Positions 14,277 through 26,920 of a stretch of DNA of 64,000 nucleotides are shown here, in pieces. Origin of the DNA: the human T2T-CHM13v2.0 reference genome, Homo sapiens. Within the stretch, counting starts at the first letter, position 1. Each line of letters starts with the position of its first letter. Position numbers and translations under genes: made by a program. The DNA is taken from NCBI RefSeq assembly GCF_009914755.1, contig NC_060926.1. One strand, given 5' to 3'. The notes beneath the pieces are model-generated. The model worked only from the letters and a program-made list of their open reading frames with translations. It was not told the DNA's origin and searched no databases.

Positions 14277-14400
14277 TTTTTTTTAATTTATTTTTTAGTT
14301 TTATTTATTTATTTTTTTAAGACAGGGTCTTGCTCTTTTGCGCAGGATGGAATGCAGTGATCATGGCTTCCTGGGCTAAGGGATACTCCTATCTAGGCTC
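14277..14400 (-). mobile_element. Alu/FRAM fragment with internal deletion
   Basis: T-rich tail then AGACAGGGTCTTGCTC...GGAATGCAGTG. Confidence 0.75.
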
Positions 14401-14594
14401 TTAATATGTCTTAACTCATTCAGTATTTTCTAAAACCCAATAAGACAGTACGTTTTCTCACATTTAGGATGCACAATGAAGTAAAAAAGGATTGCCGGGT
14501 TTCAAACCCAGGCATTTGGCCTGCATTGCAATCTATGACGGTGACTGTTATACTTGAACAGGAACAAGAATCACTTGGAGGAGTTAAAAAAACC

Positions 14595-15930
14595 CATATT
14601 TTCATACTATACATAAAAATAAATTCCAGAGATATTCAAACTCTAAACTTTAAAAACTATAAAAATATAAACAGATAACATAGATGATTTTTTATAATTG
14701 TGAGTTGGGAAAGATCATTGTAAAGAACAGACAAAAACCTGTATGTTTACATTATATACAAATTAAACATCAAGTAGTGAGTTTTCAGAAAGTAATAAGA
14801 AGATAAATCACAGGACGGGAAAATGAGTGTAGGATATGAATGATATGAATGAACAATTAATAGAAGAAATAAGAATGACTAATAACCACATGAAATGAAG
14901 CAAAAAATGAAAATTTAAAATGAGATAGCCATTTTTAATACATTGGATTCGTAAAACTTTATGAAAAATATTTAGCATCCATGAGTTGTGAAGAAATGGG
15001 CCCTCTTATATTGTTTGTAGGTGAGAGTAGAAAATGATACAGCCTTTTGGAGTGGCAGTTTTTCATTATCTATTACAATTTAAAATGCACAGATCTTTGA
15101 TACAGAAATTTCATTTCTAGGAATCAATACTGCAAAAACACTTGTGTGTAAATGAAGATAAAGTGTGAGAATCTCTTTGGAAACATTGCTCTCTTTTTTA
15201 GTAAAGATATCTAATAAGTAGGAAACATATTAAAAGCAAGGCAAAGGCTAAAATAATTATGATATAAATCATAATAAAATTCCATAATATAAACCATGAA
15301 ATACTATATAACCATTACAAATAATAACAAAAATAGGTAGCTTTAAATAGATTTAGATATAAATCCGTATAATATGAAGTGAAAAGAAAACTCTGCCAGG
15401 TGCAGTAGCTGGCTGGGTGTGGTGGCTCAAGCCTATAATTTCAGCATTGTGGGAGGCCAAGGCAGGTGGATCACTTGAGCTCAGGAGTTCGAGTCCAGCC
15501 TGGGTAACATGACCAAACCCTGTCTCTACAAAAAATACAAAAATTTTCCAGGCATAGTGGCATGTGCCTGTAGTCCCAGCTACTTGAGGTGGGAGGATCG
15601 CTTAAACCTGGGAGGTTGAAGTTGCAGTGAGCCAAGATTGTGCCACTGCACTTCATCCTGGGTAACAAAGTGAAAACCTGTCTCAAAAACAAAACAAAAC
15701 AAAATAGTATAGTAGTCTAATTTTTATTATGTAAAATATACAGACTTACAAATAAACCAATGAATACATAGAGCTACTATAAGGACCCATCTACTTTTAA
15801 AAGTAATTATCTCTGTGGTACAGCTATTGAGGGGATGGCAAGAGCATTCTTTTGTGTTTCTACGTTTAATGAAATGCAATGTATTAATCTTTTGCCATAA
15901 GCATATATTATGTCTTCATTTAAAATTTTT
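14595..15930 (+). mobile_element. Old L1 (L1ME-like) ORF2 3' region/3' end, interrupted by an Alu
   Basis: Degenerate L1 motifs (AAAATAAATTCCAGA, GAAGAAATGGG...TACAGCCTTTTGGAG, TTTCATTTCTAGGAAT). Confidence 0.65.
15411..15703 (+). mobile_element. AluJb-like, full length
   Basis: GGCTGGGTGTGGTGGCTC start, GGATCACTTGAGCTCAGGAGTTCGAG, (CAAAA)n tail. Confidence 0.92.
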
Positions 15931-17917
15931 ACAGTGACCCCCCAAAAAACATTACTGAAAATATTATTGACTTGAGAAATTTTGTATCAAGATATGCATG
16001 GATAGAAAGATGGATCTTGGACAGTGGCTTGTACATCATAGGTTTTCTTTCTGCTCTTTCATATTTTACTTACCAAATATTCTTGGGACTCAGGGATCTT
16101 CATATTAAGAAACTCCTGAGATAAGTCTGGGGGTTAGTTGGGTTTGAGTATATTGGCAAAGCTGACACATGTCCAAAGGATTTAAGGGGAACATGGACCT
16201 TAGAATTTGAATGTGCCTAGAAACAGTGATTTCAGTTAGATTTTGCTTGAAGGTAAATTTTAGAGAATATAATTGTTTCCTTTATATTTCATGAAGACTG
16301 ATTCAGTACCCGTTTTTAACTCCCAGATATTTAGTCTCCTGTGATGATGCTATTACTTTGGTGGGTTTTTCACACTTGCTATATTTCCTACACCTCACGC
16401 TGCTGTTTATTTTAACTGTATATGGTCAGTGCACTCATTCCTAACACCATCACTTCCTAGTACACATTTAATTGTTTATAGAATAACCAGTGGGGTGGGT
16501 TTAGAAACCTCATGACTGATTCTCTGCTTCTTGTTTTCTTTTACCTTATTTTTCTTTTCTTATTGAGCTCTTAGAAAAGAGACATAATTACATTTCATAT
16601 ATGAGCACTTTCTTTTCCAGTATATATCCTTAGAAAGGAAGGGCCAGATATGTGTATTTTAAAAAGAACCTCAAATTAATCTACATCACTTGGAATAATC
16701 ACGCCTGCTGCTATCATGTCTTTGGGTCCACTTCTCAATAAAACACTTATTTTTATATTTTCAGATCTATTGATATTTGCTTAGAATGCAATTTCCTCTT
16801 GTATGAACTGTGGAATAGGATCTATTTCCCTTGTCTGCTCAATAGTTCTATGCTGTCTCATTTTGCCTTCTGCACCTTAAATATTTCTTATGTTGTAGGT
16901 CAAATTATAGGTGAACTGTCATATCCCCTTATGTCTATGAAAGCAATATTCTTCGGAGAAAAATATAAAGTATACATTTGTAGCTTGTCTGTATCTTGAG
17001 AGTCTTCTTTCCATTCTATATTTTGGAAGCTCAATAAAGCTGGAGTTTCTAACCTTTGGGTCACAACATATACCCCTGATTAAGTTTCTCTGGCTTCAAA
17101 AGTAGCTACAAGAATGAGAATTGTTATAAAGGGGGGAAAGCTCTTCAATAATTAGGATTCATCTACAACTAGAGCATTTTATTAATTACACATTGTAATC
17201 ACATGGATAGTCACAAAACCAATCGTGCAAGTCTGTATTTAGAGATTTGTAGACAGAAGACTTAACGTAAACATAGAAATGTTAAACCTACTCAACTGTA
17301 ACCTGCAAAGAAGATAACAAGAAGGATTCTGTTCTCTGTATGATTTGTGAACAATGCTAAGTAAATATTCATCATTAATATATAATAACTGTTGCTTTTG
17401 GCAGTTCACTTTTCATTTAATTTGATAATGTGTCCAGTAAATGAAGTGGTACAGGCTACAGTGTTTTACCAACACAATTGCATATTTTCAATCATTGTTA
17501 AATGAAGGCAGCTCAAGGCAAAGCTTTAACCCCCACTAGTTTTGTGTGTGATAAAAAGAGAAGGCGCTATCAATCTTTATTGTCTGTCTTGCTTACTGTA
17601 ATTGCATTCAATAGTCCGCTGATTCTGTTGTCTGTGCTAATGTCAGGAACAGAGGAGAGCCAGATGCTCAGACTTGATCATATGCATCCAGTGACCACTT
17701 TGATAAGTTGGCAGCAAGTCGCTGGGTTTGATGATAAATTGTTAACGCTATAGATTATGAACAGCTGAACACTGCAAGTGTACATGGAGGAAACTTCTTA
17801 CCTTGTTTTAAATCTGGCATCATGATGCTAGCTAAAGGGCATGTCAATGTATTATTCAAATGCATCTTGCACTGGAAATGTGCCAATGACTCATTGTATC
17901 CCTATGAATAGTAAAAG

Positions 17918-17935
17918 CAACAACAACAACAACAA
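17918..17935. repeat. (CAA)n microsatellite
   Basis: Seen directly. Confidence 0.8.
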
Positions 17936-18929
17936 AAATCCACAGTGATTTGAACATGACATTAATGGTCCCAGGATTATGAAAAGCATTTTGAAATACT
18001 GTTTAATAGTTCTGATTATCTAATTCAACGAGAAGAAAGCTTCTGAGTTGTATTCCCATTTAATTCATATTAAATCATGTTCTTCCTGGTCATTTCTGTT
18101 ATATTAGCCGATAATGAGGAAGTTTTTTAAAAACAAACCGATTTTTCCTTAGTTAAAACCCATGGCAGTTTGCTTGTGAAAGGACATATATTGGAGCTGG
18201 GAGGCAAGCATTGTGTTGACATTTTTGCCAAGGTTTTGTTTTATACAAATGCTGCTGCTGCTGAGAGAGACGTGACATAGGCCATTTGTACAGGGTATAT
18301 AATAGGTCTTATTTCTACTGAGTCCATGCAGACATTTGTAAAAGTTCAGGGTTGTGGTTCTGAAGTCATTGGAAATCTATTAAAGTTGCTTTAAAAGGCT
18401 GACATAACCATGAACTGTATGACAGTTTCATTCTAGAGAATGCTAAGCTGTTGATCACATTTTTAATGGAAAGTTTTAAGTGCAGATGACGAATATTTCT
18501 TTATTATACAAGTAATTGCTCTTGAAGTCTCCAATCATTATATGGTTTGGTTTCCCTCAAATAAACCCTTTAAGAAATACTGAGCTTATGGATTGGGACA
18601 AAAAAGGTCTCTTATCTAAGTGATTTTTTTTTTGTTAGATAATCGAAATTTTGTAGTCTCTTGTGTGTTACTTTTTGCCTGTGCTGCCAGGAGACTCAAA
18701 ACTGAATCATAATCACTTTTGTAGCTGAGTTTTCAGATATGCTTATCTTTTCTTTCGTTTCTCCTTTTTTCTCAACTTGTTACTTTACCTTGTTTTTCTT
18801 GCTTCTTGCTTATTGGCAGGATGGATATGTAAGGAAAATGGATAGCAGAGTAAAGAAGGAAGAGAACAAACTTTACCATGACATTTTAAAGACAGAGCCC
18901 TGAGGTATTTAACCATGTCACAGAAATAG

Positions 18930-19110
18930 AAACCAAAGTCTGTAGTTATGACAAATGTGAAATCCTAGCCGACACTGAGAGTCACTTAAACCTCTCTTAG
19001 GGTCATTTCCTTATCTTAAAAAACTGGGCATAATAAAATTATTTAATTAATAAGATGTGGGTGAGGATTAAATTAATTAATTTCAAATAAACACATAATA
19101 AATGTTAGCA
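18930..19110 (+). mobile_element. MIR
   Basis: AGTCACTTAAACCTCTCT...TTTCCTTATCT...GTGAGGATTAAA...AATAAATGTTAGC. Confidence 0.65.
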
Positions 19111-19559
19111 GCTATGATGATAAAAACTTTTTGTGTGAGCTCTGGAATGTAAAGATAGCATAAACGTATGACCCAAATGTTAGAGTTTACTTCCGATGGC
19201 AGCTGAAATTAAACTCAACCCTTAAAATAATTTCACCATGATTTGGAATACTACAAGTTAAATCCTGCTTTACGCAAGCAGATATATGAAAATCTTGGTT
19301 TACTCATTTGATTTTTTTGAGATGCACTCTTATTTTAGAAAATATCTTTAACTTTATAAAATTCTTCATTTTAGTGTTCTTTGAGGTATCAGGCTCTTCT
19401 GTAAGAATGAGTCATTAAAATTTAAATTTATACAAGATTTGCAAGAGCATATTGTTGGCCTAAAGTAAGATACAGCTCTCTTTCACTCAACACTTGAAGG
19501 AGTTCAACCCAGATTAGCACTCCCTCCTTCTGGATTTGTAGTATTATTGCTAATCTTTT

Positions 19560-20630
19560 GCTTTTTGTGCTACTCCTAGTTTTCTCAGCCTCAGTGGCTG
19601 CTCTTTCCAGTATTCTCCCCTTCCTATCCATCCTGCTCAGTTTCTACATTAGAATGCTCAGGGCCTTAGCTTGGGGTTCATTACTTGCTCTACATACACA
19701 CTCCCCCCTTGGTGACTTCATCCAGTCCCAAGGCTTTACACGCCATCTATAGACTGATGGCTGCCAAATTTCTGTCTCCAATGTGACCCCTCTTATGGAA
19801 CTTCAAATTCTCACTCTAAATGTGTAATAAGCACTTAAAACTTAACTTGATTTTCCCCTCCGGCCATCTCATTCCCTAGTCATCTGTACTTCAAGAAGTG
19901 TTACCACCATGTAAAGTTGCCCAAGCCAAAAACTTAGATATAATTCTTTATTTCTCTGTCTTCACCCACCACACCAATCCATTGGAAAGTCCTGCTGAGA
20001 CTATCTCTTGAACATATCTAACCTGTCCACTCTATCTGTCTTTTCTTTCCCTACCTTAGCCAATGTGCCAAGTCACCTGCCACTCTCACCTGTGCCACTG
20101 CAATAGCCTCCTGGTCTTTCTGTTTCTCTTCTTGCTTCCTTATGATCCAAGCTCTATATGGTACAAAAAGGGACATTTTGAAAACAGAAATATATCATGG
20201 TACCACCTTCTTCCTAAATCCCTCCAATGGCTTTCCATCACGCTTAGGATAAAGGACAGAGTTCCTGTCATTGTGTGAGGCCCTACTTTTCCAAGTCATC
20301 TCTTATGTACCCTCACTTCCTGCATTTCTGACACACCAACATTGCTGTGACTCAGGCCTTTGCACAGATGTTTAATCTACTTGGATCAGCTTTTCCAAGA
20401 ATTTTACAGGACTGGCTGCTTCTTGTCATTGAGGTTTCAGTAAATGCCATCTCATCTAGGATTTCCCGAAACATTCTCCACTATCTTTTATATCACTGTA
20501 TTTTGTTTTCCTCAAAGTTTATCATTGTCTAATTGCTTTCTTATTGATTGATTTATTTTTCTCTATTTCACTGCTAACATGTGAGCTTCATGAGAACAGA
20601 AACATTTTCATCTTGTTTACCCCTGAGCCT
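19560..20630 (+). mobile_element. L2 LINE fossil (RT remnant to 3' region)
   Basis: ORF 19558-19752 ends HSPLGDFIQSQGFTRHL, resembling L2 RT just upstream of a decayed YADD; downstream L2 motifs (CAAGCCAAAAAC, CCTCCAATGGCTTTCCAT, TGAGCTTCATGAGAACAG). Confidence 0.8.
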
Positions 20631-20639
20631 TCTGTTCTG

Positions 20640-20865
20640 CACATTGGTTAAGACTGTAGGCCCTGAAATCAGATTCACTAAGTTTGAGTGCTACCACTGA
20701 CACCTATGGCTGTGTCATTTCACATCAGTTGTTTCACCCTGGGCGACTCAGTTTTCCCAAGTGAAAATGGAGAAAATATTAGTGTCTACTCATACTATTG
20801 TGGGGAATAAAGGATCATACATGTAAAACATTTATGACGAGTCTGACATTCAATAGACTTTAGCT
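20640..20865 (+). mobile_element. MIR, near full length
   Basis: TGGTTAAGA...TCAGA head and CTCAGTTTTCCCAAGTGAAAATGG core. Confidence 0.65.
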
Positions 20866-21040
20866 ATTTTCCTCCTCACTTAGAATTAAATTTCTATATT
20901 TGGTAGCATAGTAGATATTCTATATAAAGGTACACAATGATATTTTTATGTCTTGATGAATATTTTTGAATTTTATATATTTTAATATTGATTTTGGAAA
21001 AGATGTCATAATACATATTTTGACTTCAGAAAAATAATTA

Positions 21041-21340
21041 GGCTGAGTGTGATGGCTCACACATGAAATCTCAGCACTTTGGCAGGCTGAGGCAGGAGGA
21101 CTGCTTGAGCCTAAGAGTTTGACACCAGCCTGGACAACAGAGGGAGACCCCATCTTTACAAAAAAAAAATTAGCCAGGGATGGCGGTGCATGCCTGTTTT
21201 CCCAGCTACTCAGGAGGCTAAGATGGGAGGATCACTTGAGCCCAGGAGGTTGAGGCTGCAGTGAGCCTTGGTGGTGCCACTGCACTCCAGCCTGGGCAAC
21301 AGAGCAAGACCCTGTCTTAAAAGAAAAAGAGAAGAAGAAG
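21041..21340 (+). mobile_element. AluJ (Jo/Jr-like), full length
   Basis: Dimeric Alu with J-diagnostic GAGGCTGCAGTGAGC and AG-rich tail. Confidence 0.93.
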
Positions 21341-21425
21341 ATTAGTTAATAATTTGCCAAATTAGCTCATTCATAATTAATGGCAAAATCATTTTTTTAT
21401 AATAGAATTTTGAAGGTTGATGATT

Positions 21426-21729
21426 TTTTTTTAAATTGAGACAGAGGCTCACTCTGTCACCCAGGCTGGAGTGCCATGGTACGATCTCGGCTCACTGCAA
21501 CCTCCACCTCTCGGGTTCAAATGATTCTCATGCCTTAGCCTCCAGAGAAGCTGAGATTACAGGTGTGCCCCACCATGCCTGGCTAAATTTTTTGTATTTT
21601 TAGTAGAGACGGGGTTTAGTCATGTTGGACAGGCTGGTCTTGAACTCCTGGCCTCAAGTGATCTGCCCCTCCTCTGCCTCTCAAAGTGATAGAATTATAG
21701 GCATTAGCCATTAGCCACTACACCTGGCC
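21426..21729 (-). mobile_element. AluS (Sz-like), full length
   Basis: Antisense Alu; 15-bp TSD TGAAGGTTGATGATT/TGAAGGTTGATAATT. Confidence 0.93.
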
Positions 21730-22455
21730 TGAAGGTTGATAATTATATTTAACAATATAAGTATGCCTTGCCATTTGGAAAAATTAGAACGTACAGTCAA
21801 GCAAAATGAAAAAATAAAAGTAATCTGTAATTCCTGATATTTTTAGGTATATTTAAACTTCCGGACTCCTCTGTGTACTGTAATGTATATTTTGTTTGAC
21901 ACTAGTTTCTGTGTTAGCCTGAAACAAAGGCTTGTAGAAGATGGTTTATCTGGGAAGCAATCCCAGGGATTTCATTAATATTGCTGTTGTAAAGTGCATT
22001 GCTTTTTTTAAATTGATTATTTTTCAATGTTTGCTAAGTATATGTTAGAATTACAATCGATTTTTAAAATTGTATCTGAAAATCTTGTTAAACTTAGTAG
22101 CTTTTTTGTAGAATCTTTAGAATTTTCTATGTATACAATTAAGTTTTCTGAATAAAGATTATTTTACTCATTCCTTTCTAATTTTAGCCTTTTTATTTCC
22201 TTTTCTTGTCTTATTGCACTATAGAAGACCTCCAGTAAAATGAAATGGTGAGAGTAGAAACTTCTGTCTTATTTCCAATTTCGGAGTATGTATTTCCAAT
22301 ACATACTATTAAATATGATGTTAGTTGTGGATTTTTTTGTTGATACCCTTCATCAGATTGAGATAGTTCTCTCTCTAGTTTTCTAAGAGTTTTTTTTAAT
22401 TATTATCATGAATGGATGTTACATTTTGTCATTTTATCATTTTATCCACTGCATA

Positions 22456-23257
22456 TGATATGGGGCAGGGGAACCCCAAAATTGAGGCTTAGCCTGAGAA
22501 GGGTTCATGGTTTCACCCAGGAAGGAATTCAGGGGTGAGCCGGAGGTGTTAGATGGCAACTTTGTATTTTGTTTTGTTTTGTTTGGAGATGGAGTCTGGC
22601 TCTGTCATCCATGCTGGAGTGCAGTGACACAATCTCAGCTCACTGCAACCTCTGCCTCTGGGGTTCAAGTGATCCGTCCACCTTAGCCTCCCAACTGGGA
22701 CTATAGGTGTGCGCCACCACACCTAACTAATTTTTTTGTATTTTTAGTAAAGATAGGTTTCACCATGTTGGCTAGGCTGGTCTTGAACTCCTGACCTCAA
22801 GTGATCTCCCTGCCTCAGCCTCCCAAAATGCTGGGATTACAGGTGTGAGCCAGCATACCTGGCCTAGGCAGCAACTTTTATTAAAGCAGCAGTGTACAGT
22901 AGCAGCAGAGTTGCTGCTCCTTGCGGAGCAGGGCTATCCCATAGGGGGCATGCCCAGAGTAGCAGCTCAGAGGCAGTCGGCCGTGTATTTTTAGCCACTT
23001 TTAATTACATGCAAATTAAGGGGCAGATTATGCAGAAATTTCTAGGAAAAGCGTGGTAACTTCTGCGTTGTTGGGTCATTGCCGTGGAAAGTGGTAGTAA
23101 CTTCTGGGTGTTGCCATGACAATGGTAAACTGACATGGCACACTCACAGGCATGTCTTATGGTAAACTGCTTCCACACTATCCCTGTTTTAGCTAGTCCT
23201 CAATTTGGTCCAGTGTCTGGGCACAACCTCCAGGGTCAATTCCTACCTCCCACCTCA
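22456..23257 (-). mobile_element. MER66-like ERV1 solo LTR, interrupted by Alu
   Basis: Reverse complement starts TGAGGTGGGAGGTAGGAATTGAC...GGACCAAATTGAGGACTAGCTAAAACAGGG; TG...CA ends; 4-bp TSD CATA/CATC. Confidence 0.8.
22564..22864 (-). mobile_element. AluS (Sx/Sz-like), full length
   Basis: Antisense Alu; TSD TAGATGGCAACTTT/TAGGCAGCAACTTT. Confidence 0.92.
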
Positions 23258-26200
23258 CATCTACTGGGAAGATCATATGGCTTTTCCTGTTCATTCTGTT
23301 AATATGTTGCATTTTATTGATTTATTTTCAGTTATGAAATCAGCCTTAGATATATTAGGTATGATGTATTATTATAACCTTGATTATGATGTATTAGCTT
23401 TTTTATGTAGTTTAGATTCAATTTGCTAATATTTTGTTAGAGATACTTGTGTATATATATCCACAGTAGTATCAGTCTGTAATTTTTTTGTTTTTGTTTT
23501 GCTTTTGTTTTTTTCCTGAACAGTATCATTGCCAGGTTTTGGTGTTCGAGTTATGTTAGCTCCTAAAATAAGTTGAGAAATGAGCCTTCCTTCTCTATTT
23601 TTAGAAAGAGTTTGTGTAAGAGTTATAATTTCTTTTTAAAATGTTGATAGAGCTCACCAGTAAAACCAGCCAGATCTGGAGTTTTCTTTGTGGAACAGAT
23701 TTAAATGATAATTTAAATGTAATTACTTGATAAGTGGCTATGCAGATTTTCTTTTTCTTCCATATCACTTTGGCAAGTTTTATTTTATAAGGAATTTATT
23801 CATTTCCCTAAATTGTTGAATTTATGCACATAAATTTGTAAATAATATTTTCTTAATATCTTTTTTATTATCTCTAGTGTCTATAGTGATATATCCCCAC
23901 TTTTGTTTCTGATATTGGTATTTTGTGTACTCTCTCTTTTTAAAATTAGTTTTGAAACAGGTTCATCAATTTTATTAATCTTTTAAAAGTCAAATTTTGG
24001 CCCTGTTAATTTTTTCTACTGTTTGTTTTTGAACTTACTGATCATGCTTTTATCCTTATTATTTCCTTCTTTCTACTTTGGTTTATTTTTTCTTTTTATG
24101 TATTCTTAAGATAGAAACTTAGATCACTGATTTTATATCTTTAATGTTCTTTTGTAATATAAACATATAAAACTATACATTCCTCTTCAATTACTTCCAT
24201 AGCTGTATCCCACAATTATTGATATGCTGAGTTGTTATTCAGTTTGAATATTTTCTAAGTTCTCTTTATCAATTCTTTTTTTGATCTGCAGATCAAATAG
24301 GTCTACTATTTAATTTTCAAATATTTGGTGATTTTCTAACTACCTTATTTTTATTGATTCCAGATTTCAATTCTATTATCATCAGAAAACAGGTACTATA
24401 AGATTTCAAACCTTCAAATGTATTTAGATTCATCTATGGTCCACTGTGTACTTAAAAACATTGTATTCTAAGTTATTGGGTGTGCTATATTATAAGTATC
24501 AATGAGGTCAATTCTGGAAATATTCTATGTATCTATTATATTTTTTCTATTTGTTCTATAAGTTTTGGAGAAAGGAGTGTCAAAATCTATACTTAAGACC
24601 ATATATTTATCTGTCTTTTTCTTTATTTCTGTTGATGTTTGTTTTTAGCATTTTGGAGCTCTGTTATTATATACTCACACATTATGGTTGTCATGTCTTT
24701 CTGACAATTTGAGCCTTTGTTTATTATAAAATGTCCCTTTTTATTTCCGGTAATACTCAGTGACATGAAGTCTAATTTGTCTGATATTATTATAGCAGCA
24801 TCAGCTTTCTTATACTTACTATTTGCCTTACACAGCTTTTCAATCCATTTACTTTTATGCTATTATCACATTTGAAGTATATCTAGTATACATGTTTGTG
24901 TTTGCCTTGTTTATTATTCATGCTATTTCGGCCTTTTAATTTTTTGTGTAATTAGAATATGGTTGGGTTTAAGTCTAGAATGTGCTATTTGTTTTCTATT
25001 TATCCCATTGGCTTTTAGTTCTTTTGTTCACCTTTCTTGCCTTCTTTTGGGTTAATTTAGTATTTAAAAATTCCAATTTAATTTTCCTATTAGCTTTTTT
25101 TCCTTCAAATTATTTTTTAAAGTTGCTTTAGGGATTAAAATATGTAACAGCATCTGGCACTCAAAAATTTCAACTTCTTCTTCAGCACTTAAAATAATGC
25201 TGCTCATTGGAAGAAAATAGATAAATACTTAACGAATTAATGACCAAATTCATGATGTGATTTTTGTCTTTTGATAAATGCTTTTGACTTTTATGTATAT
25301 CTAATACTGATTTGTGAAAAAAGACCTTTTACACCGTTTGGACCTGAAAAGGATTATTAAAATACTCATAACATTATTTCAAATGACCTGTTAACAATCA
25401 TATTGCCATTTAAATTTCTAAAATTGATATATGAAGCCTAGATATGTTAGTCAATAAATGCAAGCAAATTACCCTACTCATTCTAAATGGTGAAGTTACT
25501 ATTTTCTTTTATAGAATGTTGAATGGCTGGTAACTTTCTCATGACATAAGTAATACTTATTGATTTGGTTTCCATCAACTACTTCAATCTTATGAAGTCC
25601 TGAAAGGCAAATCCTGTTTTTAATTGTGTCCACTAACTCTTAGTTGTGTCTGAACTCTTGATTTTTTAAATGTGTTTTGTAATTGTAAACTAACAGCTGT
25701 CATCCTTAGCATGGTACTGTCTTGGGAATCCTGTGCTATCTGTATTAAGAGTGTATGTCTACAGAATATTTTTGCATTATCTTCTACCAGATGTCCTGAG
25801 GTGTATCCTAATCTGTGGGCAGTTATTATGCCAGTTTCATGACTTAGGAATTCCCAAATCATAGGACTAAAATTAAACCACATTTTCTTCACCTGCCCTC
25901 TGATCATACATTTCCAGAGATTGTTTTTTCCTCTTCTATTCCAACTCAGAAGGAGGGAACCTTTTGTGTCATCTTTTTGTACCAGTTGGTGGATTTTTTG
26001 AGTCCACTCAGGATGTAGTCCCATGAAGGTCCTGATTTTCATGATGATGTAGAAGGAGGGATTGTCTCAGTTCCCATCTGTTTCTTCTGAAGCTTGAGGC
26101 CCTTTATCTTATCACTGGGTCTGTGTTCAAAATGAAGCTTTGGAATTACCAAGAAAGATCTTTATGCACACCTCCACACAACCCATCCTGGGCAGTGCAT

Positions 26201-26301
26201 ATATTTTTTGCTCTGGTTTTCAGGTTTTTCTTCAGTTCTGGCCTTGGGGGTTTACTTAACTTTCTTGCCCACTTGAACATGTATTAATAGGATGTTTCCA
26301 C

Positions 26302-26403
26302 TGCACCTGTAGTCCCAGCTACTTGGGAAGCTGAGAGAGGAAGATCACTTGAGCTCAGGAGTTTGAATCGAGCCTGGGCAATGTAGTGAGACCTCACTTA
26401 TAA
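26302..26403 (+). mobile_element. Left arm of an old AluJ/FLAM (5'-truncated)
   Basis: CCTGTAGTCCCAGCTACTTGGGA...GATCACTTGAGCTCAGGAGTTTGA...CCTGGGCAATGTAGTGAGACC. Confidence 0.85.
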
Positions 26404-26405
26404 CA

Positions 26406-26728
<323 letters not shown>

Positions 26729-26757
26729 TTTCTCTCTCTCTATATATATGTATTTTT

Positions 26758-26920
26758 AAAAATTAGTCAGTTATGGTGGCATGTACCTCTATTCCTGGCT
26801 ACTCAGGAGGCTGAGGTGGGAGGACTGCTCGAGCCCAGGAGTTTGAGAATACAGTGAGCAATGACTCTGCCACTGTATCCCTGTCTGGGCAACTGAGTGA
26901 GACACAGTTTCTAAAGTAAA
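26758..26920 (+). mobile_element. Right arm of an old AluJ
   Basis: AAAAATTAG...GGTGGCATGTACC...GGAGGCTGAGGTGGGAGGA...CAGTGAGC...GTGAGAC. Confidence 0.85.

Larger units (their letters stand above)
21975..25145 (-). mobile_element. Old L1M ORF2 region, interrupted by MER66 LTR
   Basis: T-rich antisense L1 ORF2 motifs (GATTTTCTATGTATACAAT, ATCATGAATGGATGTT, CACCAGTAAAACCA, AGCTGTATCCCACAA). Confidence 0.75.

Noticed and set aside
21905-21970. Possible ERVL LTR sliver
   Set aside because: About 60 bp, too degenerate to assign.
25620-26042. 140-aa minus-strand ORF
   Set aside because: No recognisable domain or splice context; possibly decayed old-L1 sequence, which I cannot confirm.
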